Source of the DNA: Haliotis rufescens
Taxonomy: Eukaryota
Direction of reading: 5' to 3'
Assembly (NCBI RefSeq): GCF_023055435.1
Contig: NW_025963791.1
Span: 8,308,001-8,372,000 of the forward strand
DNA: 64,000 nucleotides
Part shown: positions 63,423 to 64,000 of the stretch, piece by piece
Layout: every line of letters starts with the position of its first letter
Position numbering within the stretch: position 1 is the stretch's first letter
Made by a program: the position numbers and the translations under genes
Notes under the pieces: model-generated
What the model was told of the DNA's origin: nothing
The model's database searches: none
Seen by the model: the letters and a program-made list of their open reading frames with translations, nothing else

Positions 63423-64000
63423 TTAACATTTGTTTCTTCTGAACAGTTTTGTAAAACGGCGAAAGAAAGATTTTGACTTTTGTACATTTTGTTTCTGATT
63501 ACAAATTTCTATAAAATTGGTTGTGCTTGATGACATATGTTCCCTTGATGACAGACTACTTTGAGAGAGTTCATGATGTCTTGTTGACCTTTTGTCTTGT
63601 TCACGAGGTATGTCATTCTTTGATTGGACAATGTGGTCAAAGCACGTGGTCTGTGTAGCTCCTGACCTCTGAACAAGTCCAACACCCTCTCCCTCTCCTG
63701 AATGTACACACAGTCTTTCAACTCTCAACATGTCCACCTCTTTCACCAAGCGATCCACATGCTCCCTGAAGGAGACTTTCTCCTCCGAGAGTTGTCTGGC
63801 TTGTCTCTGAAGATGTTGGTTCTTCAGTTTCAGACATTGGGAACGGAGTCGTGCATCTCGTAGGTCAGCCCGGAGAATGTCCACATCAACCAGGACAGCC
63901 GTCAGCTGCATGTGGAGGTCGAGCTCTTTACCAAGTTGTTTGTCCTTTTTACTACAGTCCCATTGGAATGGTGGCTCGGGGCGAATAGGTCTTGGTTTTA
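63423..64000 (-). CDS. Orphan coiled-coil protein, copy 2, last exon (cut by the window edge)
   Basis: 18 amino-acid differences over the last 162 aa versus copy 1, no indels or stops; downstream flank also homologous. Confidence 0.8.
   Translation of the reverse strand, partial: KPRPIRPEPPFQWDCSKKDKQLGKELDLHMQLTAVLVDVDILRADLRDARLRSQCLKLKNQHLQRQARQLSEEKVSFREHVDRLVKEVDMLRVERLCVHSGEGEGVGLVQRSGATQTTCFDHIVQSKNDIPREQDKRSTRHHELSQSSLSSREHMSSSTTNFIEICNQKQNVQKSKSFFRRFTKLFRRNKC

Overview
AT-rich, repeat-dense animal genomic DNA, not prokaryotic. The SINE repertoire suggests a gastropod mollusc such as abalone (Haliotis); this is inference. Supported genes: (1) a two-exon, polyadenylated oocyte-type linker histone (H1.8/H1oo/B4-like; + strand, 52537-53142 joined to 57028-57087, 221 aa) with CPE-like elements and AATAAA in its 3' UTR; (2) a three-exon orphan coiled-coil gene (- strand, 59288-60531, 275 aa) whose middle exon arose by internal duplication, plus a tandem paralogue 4135 bp away that runs off the window end; (3) a signal-peptide first coding exon of an unidentified - strand gene (39803-39889) and a few small - strand exon candidates near 1.8-4.4 kb. 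Most of the rest is four SINE families (called A-D here; dozens of copies, many with target-site duplications and nesting), TA-flanked MITEs, a decayed LINE, and mini/microsatellites. Most short ORFs in the track are repeat artefacts. Most notable: family C has no tRNA head and instead begins sharply with a covarying, possibly pseudoknotted RNA module (candidate ribozyme or internal promoter); all four SINE tails share a covarying stem-loop; and five short segments have been copied between nearby SINE loci. All alignments, counts and folds were done by eye.
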